A stretch of DNA of 25,867 bases from positions 1-25,867 of IMG/VR virus record IMGVR_UViG_3300034104_005696, one strand, 5' to 3'. Within the stretch, counting starts at the first letter, position 1. The number at the start of each line of letters is the position of its first letter. The DNA is from a virus (Duplodnaviria; Caudoviricetes). The position numbers and the translations under genes are program-made. This document shows, one piece after another, positions 16,468 through 25,220 of the stretch. The notes under the pieces are model-generated. The model worked only from the letters and a program-made list of their open reading frames with translations. It ran no database searches and had not been told where the DNA came from.

Positions 16468-18513
16468 CTACACCCCCAGGTGGGGGGAGGCCTCGAGGGC
16501 CGAGGCCTCGGCCCCGAGCTCGGCCACCAGGGCCTCCCGGAGCGCCAGGAGCTCGGCCAGGTGGTTCCCGGTGACCAGGGACTTGACCACCGGGCCAGGC
16601 TTCCCAGGCTTCCCGCCAGGCGCCGGCGGCTTCCCCTTCCCACCAGGCGGCGGGGGGCCTCCAGGAGCTCCACCCGCGGCGGCGGTGGCCTCGGCGGCCT
16701 CGGCCTTGGCCTGGCGATCGGCCTCGGCCGCGGCGTCGGCCTTGGCGGCGGCCTCGGCCACCAGCTCCCCCAGGGGCTTGTTCGGGTCCAGGGTGGCGGC
16801 CAGGAGGGCCACGGTCAGGGACAGGGGGCGATCCCCCCAGGGCTCGGTGATCAGGGTCACGGCCTCCCCGGTGATCTTCGAATACAGGCGGGCCATGGCG
16901 TTGGGAGAGATCCCGCCGGCCTGGACCATGGGGCCGAGGCTGGCCAGGGCGGCCGTATCGTCCCCGGTGGTGGCGCCCTTGATCTTGAACGCCCACAGGT
17001 TGATCCCCATACGGGGGAAGATCACCCGGTTGAACAGGGCTTCCCACCGGCCACGCCGGATCGGCGTAAAAACCTGTTCCTCCCCGATCGCGCGGGCGGT
17101 GTCGGCCGCGGCCCGGTTGCTTTCCGCTTCCGAGTCCCCGAAGTAGATCCCCCCCAGGCGGAACGCGGCCCGGATCCGGGTCGGGGCCTGGCCGAGTAGG
17201 GAGTCGCGGCCCTGGTAGATCCCGGTAGGGAGCTCGGTGGCCAGTGACTCGAGGGCCATCCTGGGGGGCGCGTCCTTTGTTTCGTCCAGGGGGTCCCCGG
17301 TGGCGGCGGTCTCGGCCTCGATCGGGATCACGTCCCAGGCATGATCCCGGCCTCGAGCTCCCCCGTTCAGCTTGTCCGCCAGGTCGGCGGTGGAGGACGG
17401 GCGCCAGGTCCCGCCGGCCACCATCAGGAGCTTGACCCCGATCGGGGCGTTGTCGAACCAGTCGACCACCAGCTCGGCCGCGGACCTGGCGGCCCGGACG
17501 TGGGGGATCGAGCCGATCCAGCGGGGGACCCCGTAGGGGGTGGAGGGATCGTAGATCCGGCGGATCACCAGCTCGGTGGCCTCCAGGCTGTTCCCCTCGG
17601 GGTCGGTCCCCCAGGGCTCGGCCTGGATCGCGCCGTTCCTCCAGTTGACGTGGCGGGGATCGGCGTAGGACTTGAAAAAGACCGTCCGGCCTTCCTTCAC
17701 CTGGACAAACAGGCGGAACCGGCGCCACCGCTGGACGATCACCAGCTCCCCCGAGTCGGGGTGGCGGATCGGTTCCTCCACCAGGACGGGTAGGCCCTCG
17801 GGGCCCATTCGGACCGTGGCGGCCGGTACATGCTCCAGGCTGGCCTCCCGGCCGGTCCGGTCCCGGAGGACTTCGATCGCGCCCCACCCCATGGTTTCCA
17901 CGTCGCGATCCACCTTGTCGATCAGGGCCTCGAGGCCTTCCTGGTGGGCCGCGGCCAGGAACAGGAGCAGGGCGGACCGCTCGGCCTTGGCCTCGGCGGG
18001 TACCTCGAGCTCCTGGCCGGTGGTCGGATCCTTGGTGTCGAACAGGGGGACCAGCTCATAGCCGTGGCCCCCGATGTTCACGGCCATGGCGTCCACCGCG
18101 GCGGGTAGGGTCTCGGACTCTCCCACGGCCTGGCACAGGAGGATCGGATCGTAGGGCGGGGGGAGGATCTGGCCGGCCTCGGCCAGGAAGGACCAGGTGG
18201 TGGCCGAGTCGGGGATCTGGCGGCTGGCGGCCACCACGTCCAGGGCCCGGCCGGGGACCTTGGGGAGCGTCCCCGGCGTCCCCGAGCTCGGGACCTGGCC
18301 CGGGCCGGCGTCATAGGCCCCGCCCTCCAGGAGCTTCCTGGACAGGCCCCACCCCATGGCGGCCGCGCGGGCGCGGGCGGTCAGCGGGAGCTCGGGGGCG
18401 GGCTCGAGGATCACGCGGGGGGCGCGGGCGCTCGAGGCCACCGGTTCCCCGGCCAGCTCCCCGGACGTGTGGACCCGGTCGGTGGAAGTCTGGAACGTGC
18501 GGGGGGTAGTCAT
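16468..18513 (-). CDS. portal protein (PBSX-like)
   Basis: Follows terminase with ATGA overlap; LPPPYDP, ETMGWGAIEVLRD, LEHVPAATVR, YGVPRWIG, FDNAPIG, NRAAADTA motifs. Confidence 0.9.
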   Translation of the reverse strand: MTTPRTFQTSTDRVHTSGELAGEPVASSARAPRVILEPAPELPLTARARAAAMGWGLSRKLLEGGAYDAGPGQVPSSGTPGTLPKVPGRALDVVAASRQIPDSATTWSFLAEAGQILPPPYDPILLCQAVGESETLPAAVDAMAVNIGGHGYELVPLFDTKDPTTGQELEVPAEAKAERSALLLFLAAAHQEGLEALIDKVDRDVETMGWGAIEVLRDRTGREASLEHVPAATVRMGPEGLPVLVEEPIRHPDSGELVIVQRWRRFRLFVQVKEGRTVFFKSYADPRHVNWRNGAIQAEPWGTDPEGNSLEATELVIRRIYDPSTPYGVPRWIGSIPHVRAARSAAELVVDWFDNAPIGVKLLMVAGGTWRPSSTADLADKLNGGARGRDHAWDVIPIEAETAATGDPLDETKDAPPRMALESLATELPTGIYQGRDSLLGQAPTRIRAAFRLGGIYFGDSEAESNRAAADTARAIGEEQVFTPIRRGRWEALFNRVIFPRMGINLWAFKIKGATTGDDTAALASLGPMVQAGGISPNAMARLYSKITGEAVTLITEPWGDRPLSLTVALLAATLDPNKPLGELVAEAAAKADAAAEADRQAKAEAAEATAAAGGAPGGPPPPGGKGKPPAPGGKPGKPGPVVKSLVTGNHLAELLALREALVAELGAEASALEASPHLGV

Positions 18514-20330
18514 GCGGCTTCTCGCTCCCGAATGGGGAAGGGGTCGGAATAGAACCCGGGCGGGGGTGGTCCGAGGACCTTAGCCCGGGCCTGGTTCCGG
18601 TGGCGCATCCACCGGCGGATCACGGTGATCGCCATCCACAGGCTCATAACCGTGTCGTCGTGGGCCTCCCGGCCGAGGCCGTGGGCCTCGAGGACCAGGG
18701 TATCGATCCGCTGGCGCTCGGCCTCGGTGGCGTTGGCCAGGTCGATCCGGCCGAGCTCGAACGCCAGGGCCATCCCAGGTACGCCCTCCCATAGGGAGCT
18801 TTTGGCCTTGGTGGTCGTATGTCCCACGATCGGGAGGCCGGGGACGGCCCGCAGCTCGATCTCGTGAATCCGCTGGGCGGCGTTCCGTTCGATCACGACG
18901 TAGTCCGCCCCCGTGATCTCCTGTTCCATGATCACCCGGGCCCGGAGCTCGGCGGGGGTCAGGCCTCGGCGCCGGTAGATCCGGCGGACCTGCAAGCGAT
19001 CCCCCGCGGTCAGGCCCACGGTCACCCCACAGGTGAAGTCCGAGTCCTTGATCATGGCTTCCCGCTCGTTGTCCACGATCCCGAGGTCCCAGGCGGTCAC
19101 CAGGACCTGGTAGGCGCTCGAGTTGCCGGCCCGCTCGGCCAGCTCCACCGGGTCCCAGGTACTGATCGACACGTCATAGGCGATCCGCGGGGGCGGGGAG
19201 TAGAGGAACCCCAGGCCCTGGCCCCGGTTCCTGGCGGCTTGTAGCCACTCCCACCGGAAAATAGCGGTCTCATTGTCGATCGGCTGGTTCAGGTATTCCT
19301 GGGCGAACGCCAGGGATCCGATCTCCCGGCGCCGGATCTCCAGGGACTCGGCGGACCAGTATTCGGGCCACAGGATGATCGGGCCTTCCGGGTCGGGGAG
19401 GCCGGCGGTGGAGTAGCGCGCGGCGTACCGGCGCTTGAGCCACCCGGGGAAGTCCTCGGGGGACAGGAGGCGGGAGAGCAGGCTGTCGGCGTGTAGGATC
19501 GTCCCCACCACGATCGTGGCCAGGCGGCCGGCCACGCCGGTGGGGATCAGGGCCCGGGTGAACCACCGCCGGAGCTTGACCCGCTGGCCCTCGGTCTCCA
19601 CGGCCTGATCGTTCTCCAGGTCGTCCACCAGGATCAGGGACGGGCGGCGGCCCTTGCGTACCAGGCCTCGGACCTTGGACCCGGCCCCCATGGCTCGGAT
19701 GATCGTACCGTTGGCCAGCTCCAGGTGGGTCTCGGTCCACTTCCGGCGGTCCTGGCGGGTCGGGGCCTGGTTCCCGTAGGCGGCGATCAGGCCCTCGTTG
19801 GCCTCGAGCTCGTCCCGTATGTCCATCACGCGGGCGCGGGCCTGGTCGATCGTGTCGGACACGATCACGATGTAGGGGGCGGCGGGCTCCCCGGTGATCG
19901 CGTCCAGGAAGTGAGGCATAGACCGCCACTCGAGGGCGGCCATAAGCGGGACCCCCAGGACCATGGCGGTGGACTTCCCGTGGCCTCGGGGGCACGCGAT
20001 AGCGGCCGAGGTCCGGCGCTCCCCCTCCACTTCCCGGCGCCACAGGATGGCCTCAACGTCGGCGTACAGGGCGCGGTGAAAGTCGCCGGCGCCGGCGGTG
20101 AACAGGTGGGACAGGTGGCGGCCCGTCCAGGCCTCGATCCGGGTGGAGCTGGCGCGGCGCTCGAGCTCCCGAAGGGTCAGGATGGACTGGATCAGGAGGG
20201 ACCTGGCCAGGTCCTCCCCCTCGAGGGCGGGGGCCTTGGCCTTGGCCTTGGCCCTCGAGGGCCTGGCCTTCCCCGAGCTCGGGGGCGTGCGGCGGCCCCC
20301 GGCGGGTCGGTCAGGCTGAACGATCGGCAC
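18510..20330 (-). CDS. terL: terminase large subunit
   Basis: Walker A CPRGHGKST, Walker B LILVDDLE, coupling motif VGT, FAQEYLNQP, nuclease AWDLG...SDFT...HDDTVMSL. Confidence 0.95.
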   Translation of the reverse strand: MPIVQPDRPAGGRRTPPSSGKARPSRAKAKAKAPALEGEDLARSLLIQSILTLRELERRASSTRIEAWTGRHLSHLFTAGAGDFHRALYADVEAILWRREVEGERRTSAAIACPRGHGKSTAMVLGVPLMAALEWRSMPHFLDAITGEPAAPYIVIVSDTIDQARARVMDIRDELEANEGLIAAYGNQAPTRQDRRKWTETHLELANGTIIRAMGAGSKVRGLVRKGRRPSLILVDDLENDQAVETEGQRVKLRRWFTRALIPTGVAGRLATIVVGTILHADSLLSRLLSPEDFPGWLKRRYAARYSTAGLPDPEGPIILWPEYWSAESLEIRRREIGSLAFAQEYLNQPIDNETAIFRWEWLQAARNRGQGLGFLYSPPPRIAYDVSISTWDPVELAERAGNSSAYQVLVTAWDLGIVDNEREAMIKDSDFTCGVTVGLTAGDRLQVRRIYRRRGLTPAELRARVIMEQEITGADYVVIERNAAQRIHEIELRAVPGLPIVGHTTTKAKSSLWEGVPGMALAFELGRIDLANATEAERQRIDTLVLEAHGLGREAHDDTVMSLWMAITVIRRWMRHRNQARAKVLGPPPPGFYSDPFPIREREAA

Positions 20331-20333
20331 GGG

Positions 20334-20918
20334 TCACCCCTTCCCGGTGGTTCCGGTCCCCGGGTGGACGGTGAGGCCGAGGGCCCGGGTTCGGGCCTCG
20401 AGCTGGCGGTGGCGGCGCTCGAGCTCGGGGCGGTCCAGGCCCTTGAGCTCGGCCAGCTCGGCCACCAGGCCGGTGTCCTCCCCGTCCCCGTCCCCGTCCC
20501 CCAGGGCCTCGGACCCCTGGACCCGGCCGGTGGCCAGGTGGTGGAAGTCGGGGTGAGACCGGGCGGCGAGCTCGATCAGGGCGCGGTTAGCCTGGAGGGC
20601 GGCGTGGTATTGCGGGCGCGGCCCGCTGGCGGCCTTCACCGCGATCGAGCGGATCCGGGCCTTGGCGGTCCCGATCTCGATCGCGCTGGCGTCCCGGTCG
20701 GAACACAGGGCGGCGAACTCGGCGGCCACGTCCACAATGTCCCGCCGGGCCGTGGCCTCGGACACCGAGACCCGGCCGATCGGGGGCGGGAGGTCCACCC
20801 CCAGGGTCAGGATCTTGACGATCTCCCCGTCGGGTAGGCCCTCCACCAGGAGGCGCCGGACCAGGCGCTGGCGCTCCACCACCTGGTAGGCCTTGGCCTT
20901 CACCGAGGCCGAGGGCAT
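20334..20918 (-). CDS. putative terminase small subunit (N-terminal HTH-like)
   Basis: Start ATG 20918 (TGATG overlap); GLPDGEIVKIL...VSEATARRDI is HTH-like; immediately upstream of terL. Confidence 0.65.
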   Translation of the reverse strand: MPSASVKAKAYQVVERQRLVRRLLVEGLPDGEIVKILTLGVDLPPPIGRVSVSEATARRDIVDVAAEFAALCSDRDASAIEIGTAKARIRSIAVKAASGPRPQYHAALQANRALIELAARSHPDFHHLATGRVQGSEALGDGDGDGEDTGLVAELAELKGLDRPELERRHRQLEARTRALGLTVHPGTGTTGKG

Positions 20919-21172
20919 CAGCTCCCCCTCGGGGCGAACAGGGGCCCGGGCGTGGCGTGGGGGGCGTGGCTCGGACAGAGATCCAGGTCGACGCCGATCG
21001 GCGTGGAACACGGCCTGCAGATCGGCGCGTCACAGGTCCGGCCTGGTCCGATCGGGTGGTCACACGCCAGGGCGGCCACCCGGCCACAGGAACACCGAGG
21101 CCGAGGCCGGCGGCCCCGGGAACACACGATCACCCGGCCGAGGGTCGGGGAGCTCACGATCTCGCATGGCAT
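20918..21172 (-). CDS. small Cys-rich zinc-finger-like protein
   Basis: 84 aa with CSC, CD, CDAPICRPC and CPSH; tightly packed between the MTase and the small terminase candidate. Confidence 0.7.
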   Translation of the reverse strand: MPCEIVSSPTLGRVIVCSRGRRPRPRCSCGRVAALACDHPIGPGRTCDAPICRPCSTPIGVDLDLCPSHAPHATPGPLFAPRGS

Positions 21173-21175
21173 GGA

Positions 21176-22849
21176 TCACGCTCCCAGGACGGCGGGCCCG
21201 CCCTCGAGGACCAGGGCGCCGGGTCCAGGGTCGATCATGGCCTCCCGGGCCCACGCGGTCCACCGGTGGCGGATCACGTCACACCAGGCGGGGGAGAGCT
21301 CACACAGGACCGCGCGGCGGCCCGTGCGGGCGGCGGCCAGTAGGGTGGTCCCCCCACCGCCGAACAGGTCCACCACCAGGTGGTCGGGGTCGGTGGAGGC
21401 CTCGATCAGCTCCTGGATCAGGCCGATCGGCTTGGCGGCATTGTGGACCCGCTCGGCCCCGGTCACCCGGTTGTACCGTAGCAGGGCGCGGCGGCCGTCC
21501 TCGAGCTCCACCCCGTCCGGGTCCTCAGCCACCAGGTTCCCCCGCTCGGGGCCGTCGTCCCCGTCGGTGGCGGGGAACCCGTGGATCACGTTGGACTTGA
21601 GGACCATACGCGCGCCCCCGCTCGGGGCGCTGAACATGCGGGTACGTTCGGGGACGTTGGAGAAAAACCCGATCTCCTCGTAACTATTCGCCCATTGACT
21701 CCCGAGGCCCCCGCCCCCCTTGTCCCAGATCAGCTTGTTCTTGGCGGTGAGCTTGACCAGGCCGGCGGCGTCCCACCAGGCGGCCCACGATCGCCAGTCG
21801 CAACAAACGTAGGCGTGCGCCCACGGCCTCCCGACGCGGCGGATCATGTCCAGGATCGAGCGGAAAAACGGGCGGATCAGCTTATCGTCCGCGATATCGG
21901 CCCCCAGGCCGGTGGAGCTCCCGTAGATCGCGAACGGGGGATCGGTGAACACCAGATCGGCCAGGTCGGTGAACCCGCTGGCGGCGTCCCCACCGAGGGC
22001 CAGGGCCAGGGTGGTCACGCTGGTACAGTCCCCGCACACCAGGCGGTGGGGGCCGAGCTGGTAGACCGTCCCGGGCTTGCTATCGGCCACGCGCGGGGGC
22101 GGGGGACACGCCGGCGGGGCCACGGCCCTGGGGTCGGGCTTCCCCTCGGCGCGCTTCACCAGCTCGAGGACTTCCACGGCGCTGAACCCGCTTTCCTCGG
22201 CAATACGGGCGGCCGTGTCCCCGGCGGCGGACCAGTCGGCCATGATCGCGGCCAGGCCGTCGGTCCGCCAGGTGGCTTCCTCCTGGATCCGGTTGTCGGC
22301 CACCAGGTCCCGGACGGCGTCCTCCCAGGTCCCGCCCTTGAACCGGACGGGGACGTAGCCGGGGCCAGGAGCTCCCGGGATCGTGAACTCGGGATCGGCC
22401 TTGAGGATCGCCAGCATGGACAGGCGCCGGCCGTGGCCCTTCACAATCCGACGCGTCGGCCAGTGAGCGGTCAGAACGGTGGTGAACCCGTGGCGCCGGA
22501 TCAGGGCGGCCAGGCCCTTCACCTGGCGGGCCGGGTGGTTCCGGGGGTTGTCCTCCCAGGGGGTCAGGTCGGACAGGGGCCACCAGGCGGCCACCACGGT
22601 GGTGGGGTCGGCCCCGTCCTCGAGCTGGTGGGGCTTCACGTCGGCCAGGAGCTGGACCCCGGGATCCTGGTGGGCCGGGCGCTCGGGGTCGGGCTCGAGG
22701 TCCACGTCGGTCCCCTCGGTCTCCAGGAGCTCGGGGGGTGGAGCTCCACCAGGCGCCGGGGCGGCGGGGGTGGGCGTCGGGGGGCGCCGGGGGGCGCCCT
22801 TGGGGGGGTTCGGGGCGTCCCCGGTAGGCTTCCGTCGGTCGGTGGTCAT
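21176..22849 (-). CDS. ParB-like domain + beta-class amino (N6-A/N4-C) DNA methyltransferase
   Basis: ParB-like LTPWEDNPRNH...IVKGHGRR...ADNRIQE; MTase HRLVCGDC, DLVFTDPPF, LIWDK, HNAAKP, VVDLFGGGGTT, CELSPAWCDVI; ATG 22849 with GGGAG RBS. Confidence 0.9.
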   Translation of the reverse strand: MTTDRRKPTGDAPNPPKGAPRRPPTPTPAAPAPGGAPPPELLETEGTDVDLEPDPERPAHQDPGVQLLADVKPHQLEDGADPTTVVAAWWPLSDLTPWEDNPRNHPARQVKGLAALIRRHGFTTVLTAHWPTRRIVKGHGRRLSMLAILKADPEFTIPGAPGPGYVPVRFKGGTWEDAVRDLVADNRIQEEATWRTDGLAAIMADWSAAGDTAARIAEESGFSAVEVLELVKRAEGKPDPRAVAPPACPPPPRVADSKPGTVYQLGPHRLVCGDCTSVTTLALALGGDAASGFTDLADLVFTDPPFAIYGSSTGLGADIADDKLIRPFFRSILDMIRRVGRPWAHAYVCCDWRSWAAWWDAAGLVKLTAKNKLIWDKGGGGLGSQWANSYEEIGFFSNVPERTRMFSAPSGGARMVLKSNVIHGFPATDGDDGPERGNLVAEDPDGVELEDGRRALLRYNRVTGAERVHNAAKPIGLIQELIEASTDPDHLVVDLFGGGGTTLLAAARTGRRAVLCELSPAWCDVIRHRWTAWAREAMIDPGPGALVLEGGPAVLGA

Positions 22850-22880
22850 GGTCAAGGCTCCCGCTGTTTAGAGCTGAAAC

Positions 22881-22899
22881 ACTGTATCCGGCCCGGATA
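22881..22899 (-). promoter_or_regulatory. putative late-operon promoter (motif copy 2) overlapping palindrome TATCCGG-C-CCGGATA
   Basis: TACAGT hexamer at 22886-22881 in an AT-richer patch about 30 nt upstream of the MTase start; perfect 7-bp inverted repeat at 22885-22899. Confidence 0.5.
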
Positions 22900-22943
22900 G
22901 TCGGCGCCTACTCGGTCCCCCTCGAGGCCCCCGAGCTCCCGTC

Positions 22944-23007
22944 CCACTGATCACCGCCAGGGGGCCACTGATCACGCGAACGGCCCGATCGGGGGGCGAT
23001 CGGGCCG
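22944..23007. repeat. direct repeat CCACTGATCAC x2 (21-bp period) plus 11-bp inverted repeat
   Basis: Copies at 22944-22954 and 22965-22975; CGGCCCGATCG-N5-CGATCGGGCCG at 22981-23007. Confidence 0.6.
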
Positions 23008-23077
23008 TCGGTGGAGGGTTCGGGAACCCTTGGCGGGGGTCCGGGTGGACCTGGTGGGCGGGGGCCGGGCGGCCTGA

Positions 23078-23347
23078 TCAGCGGGGAGGGGTGGCGCGCT
23101 CGAGCTCCTGGCGGGCCAGGATGTCCCCGGCGGTGACCAGCTCCCGGACGGGGCCCTTGCACAGGGGACAGGCCTTTTTCCACCCGCTGGCGAACAGGAG
23201 CGGGGCCAGGACCAGGCCGAGGCCACAGGTACAGGCGGCCAGGAAGGTGAAGGCCAGGCCGGTCCCCAGGGTGATCCCAGGAGCTCGAGCGATCACGGGG
23301 CGGGCGCACGTTGGACAGTAGGCGGTGGGGGTCGGGGTGGTGGTCAT
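23078..23347 (-). CDS. LITAF-like zinc-ribbon membrane protein
   Basis: ATG 23347 (ATGA overlap); CPTC, hydrophobic segment containing CTCG, then CPLC. Confidence 0.7.
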   Translation of the reverse strand: MTTTPTPTAYCPTCARPVIARAPGITLGTGLAFTFLAACTCGLGLVLAPLLFASGWKKACPLCKGPVRELVTAGDILARQELERATPPR

Positions 23348-23541
23348 TCGGGCCTCGGGTAGATCCTGGCGTGGGGGAAGGGTCGGAACTGGCGGGCGGC
23401 CTTGAGGGCGCGATCGGCGGTGGCCTGGGATCCGTAAACCTTGGCGCTGGTCACCACCAGGGTCCGGCCCGGGTCCCCCTTCCACGGGGCGATCCAGACG
23501 CCGGGCTCGAGCTCCACCACCGCGGCCACGGCGCCGGTCAC
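23344..23541 (-). CDS. hypothetical protein (65 aa)
   Basis: GTGA overlap at start and ATGA overlap at end; VVELEPGVWIAPWKGDPGRTL reads as a globular protein. Confidence 0.7.
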   Translation of the reverse strand: MTGAVAAVVELEPGVWIAPWKGDPGRTLVVTSAKVYGSQATADRALKAARQFRPFPHARIYPRPE

Positions 23542-24080
23542 CGGGGACCCCAGGGGGTCGGGGTCACCCCGTTGGGAAGGCGGGAGGGGTGGCGGGGAGC
23601 TCCCCGCGCGGTCACTCCCAGGGACTCGAGGGCGGCCCCGTTCGCTTCCACGATCGCGGTCACGATCTTGACCCGTCGGGCGGCGTCCCGGTTGTCCCAG
23701 TCCCCCCAGGCGGCGATCACCCGGGAACAGGACCGGGCGGCGTGGGCCAGGGCGGCGTCGTTGGCCTCCCCGATCGGGTCCTCCCCGGCGCTGTTCCTGG
23801 CCAGGCTGAACAGGACCCGGGGATCGGTGGCGCGCCAGGCAAACAGGTTCAGCATGTAGAACCCGCCGGCCCCCAGGGCGCGGGAGTAGGCGCGGCAACG
23901 TCGGATCGTGTGATCGTCGTCCTTTTCGTCGGCGGTGGAGGGGTTCAGGCCGATCCATGCGATCGAGGGCCTGGAGGGGTCCCACACCCGCCACAGGGTG
24001 TAGCGCCAGCGGCGGCACGGGGACAGGTAGGCCCCCCGGTCCTCGGGGAGCTCGGGGGCGGGGTCGGTCGGGGTGGTCAT
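23538..24080 (-). CDS. DUF1643 family protein
   Basis: ATG 24080; LSPCRRWRYTLWRVWD, WIGLNPSTADE..DDHTIRRC, NLFAWRATDP, VIAAWG, PRHP. Confidence 0.9.
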   Translation of the reverse strand: MTTPTDPAPELPEDRGAYLSPCRRWRYTLWRVWDPSRPSIAWIGLNPSTADEKDDDHTIRRCRAYSRALGAGGFYMLNLFAWRATDPRVLFSLARNSAGEDPIGEANDAALAHAARSCSRVIAAWGDWDNRDAARRVKIVTAIVEANGAALESLGVTARGAPRHPSRLPNGVTPTPWGPR

Positions 24081-24673
24081 GGTCGGGGCCTCGGGGTGGT
24101 GGTGGAGGGGGCCGTCGGGCGGCCCCGGTACAGGGTCTCCCAGGCCTGGCGGTCCTGTTCCTGGATCGTGACGTGTCGGGGGTCCTCGGCGCGGTAGGTC
24201 AGCTCCCCCACCAGGCCGGGGAGGCGGAACCGGATCAGGCCCTGGCCCACCGGGTAGCCGTGGGCCCGGAGCTCGGTGGCCTCGGGGAGCCACGCGCGGA
24301 TCCGGTCCTCGAGCTCGAGGGCGTGGGCGGCCTGGTCGGCCCGGGCCCGGCGGTGGCGCTCGAGCTCCCCCAGGTCCCGGATCTCGGTCACGGGGAAGGC
24401 CCCGGGGCGCTTGTCCACCGGACAGTGAAAGCGGCCCGTCCTGGCCCCGTCCTCGGTCTCCCCGATCCCCCACCTGGCGTACAGGTGGCGGGCGGCCCCG
24501 AGCTCGGGGATCTCGGTGTCCTCGGGGCCTTCCTCGGCCTGGTACTCGAGCTCGGCCCGGACGGCGGCCACGGCCAGGGCCTCGGGGTGGTGGCCCCGGA
24601 CGTACCAGGAGCTCGGGGGTTCCTCCCAGGTCAGATCGACCACGGCGGGGAGCGGGGGCGTGGGGGTGGTCAT
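24077..24673 (-). CDS. hypothetical protein (198 aa)
   Basis: ATG 24673 with ATGA overlaps on both sides and GAGG RBS. Confidence 0.7.
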   Translation of the reverse strand: MTTPTPPLPAVVDLTWEEPPSSWYVRGHHPEALAVAAVRAELEYQAEEGPEDTEIPELGAARHLYARWGIGETEDGARTGRFHCPVDKRPGAFPVTEIRDLGELERHRRARADQAAHALELEDRIRAWLPEATELRAHGYPVGQGLIRFRLPGLVGELTYRAEDPRHVTIQEQDRQAWETLYRGRPTAPSTTTPRPRP

Positions 24674-25218
24674 GGGGCCTCGGGGGTGGTGGTCAGGGCC
24701 CGGCGGTCCTGGTGGGCGTCCCCGGCCCTCGAGGCGGCGCGGTACGCGTCCACCAGGTGATCGGCCACGGGGGTGGTGTCGGTGTCGGTGTCGGTGGGCG
24801 GGAGGGGGAAGGCGCCGTCGACGTAGCCGGCGGTGGTGAACTCCAGGAGCTCGGCCAGGGTGGCGCGGTGGCGCGCGTAGGCCTCGGCGGCCAGCTCCAC
24901 CAGGTCGGCCGGGCCGGTGATCGTGATCGAGTCGCGCCACCGGGTCCCCTTCCCGTCGTCCCGGGCGTAGCCCGTGCGGCGCGGCTCGAGGCCGTGGAAC
25001 CGGGCCACCCGGGCGGCCAGGTGGCGCTCGAGCTGGTGGACGTAGGCCAGGATCCGGGTGGCCTCGGGGGCCTCGAGGCCTGGTAGGGCGTCGGGGCCGT
25101 ACCGGGCCTCCAGGCGCTCGGCCGCGGCCCGGGCGTTGGCCCGTTCATGCTCGGGGGTCCGGGGGTCCTCGGCCAGGGCCAGGATCGCGCGGTAGGTCTC
25201 GCGGGGGTCTCGAGCCAT
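24670..25218 (-). CDS. DUF2786-like N-terminal domain protein
   Basis: ILALAEDPRTPEHERANARAAAERL matches the DUF2786 helical hairpin pattern; ATG 25218 follows the upstream stop by 2 nt. Confidence 0.65.
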   Translation of the reverse strand: MARDPRETYRAILALAEDPRTPEHERANARAAAERLEARYGPDALPGLEAPEATRILAYVHQLERHLAARVARFHGLEPRRTGYARDDGKGTRWRDSITITGPADLVELAAEAYARHRATLAELLEFTTAGYVDGAFPLPPTDTDTDTTPVADHLVDAYRAASRAGDAHQDRRALTTTPEAP

Positions 25219-25220
25219 GA

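Noticed and set aside
22908-23075. Small Pro/Gly-rich ORF between the LITAF-like gene and the MTase
   Set aside because: No convincing start or RBS; the region is better explained as a repeat-rich regulatory spacer.
20231-24796. Short hexamer tandem repeats (CCTTGG x3 near 20234, CCCCGT x3 near 20480, GGTGTC x3 near 24775)
   Set aside because: In-frame low-complexity linkers (AKAKAK, GDGDGD, TDTDTD); not CRISPR or contingency loci.
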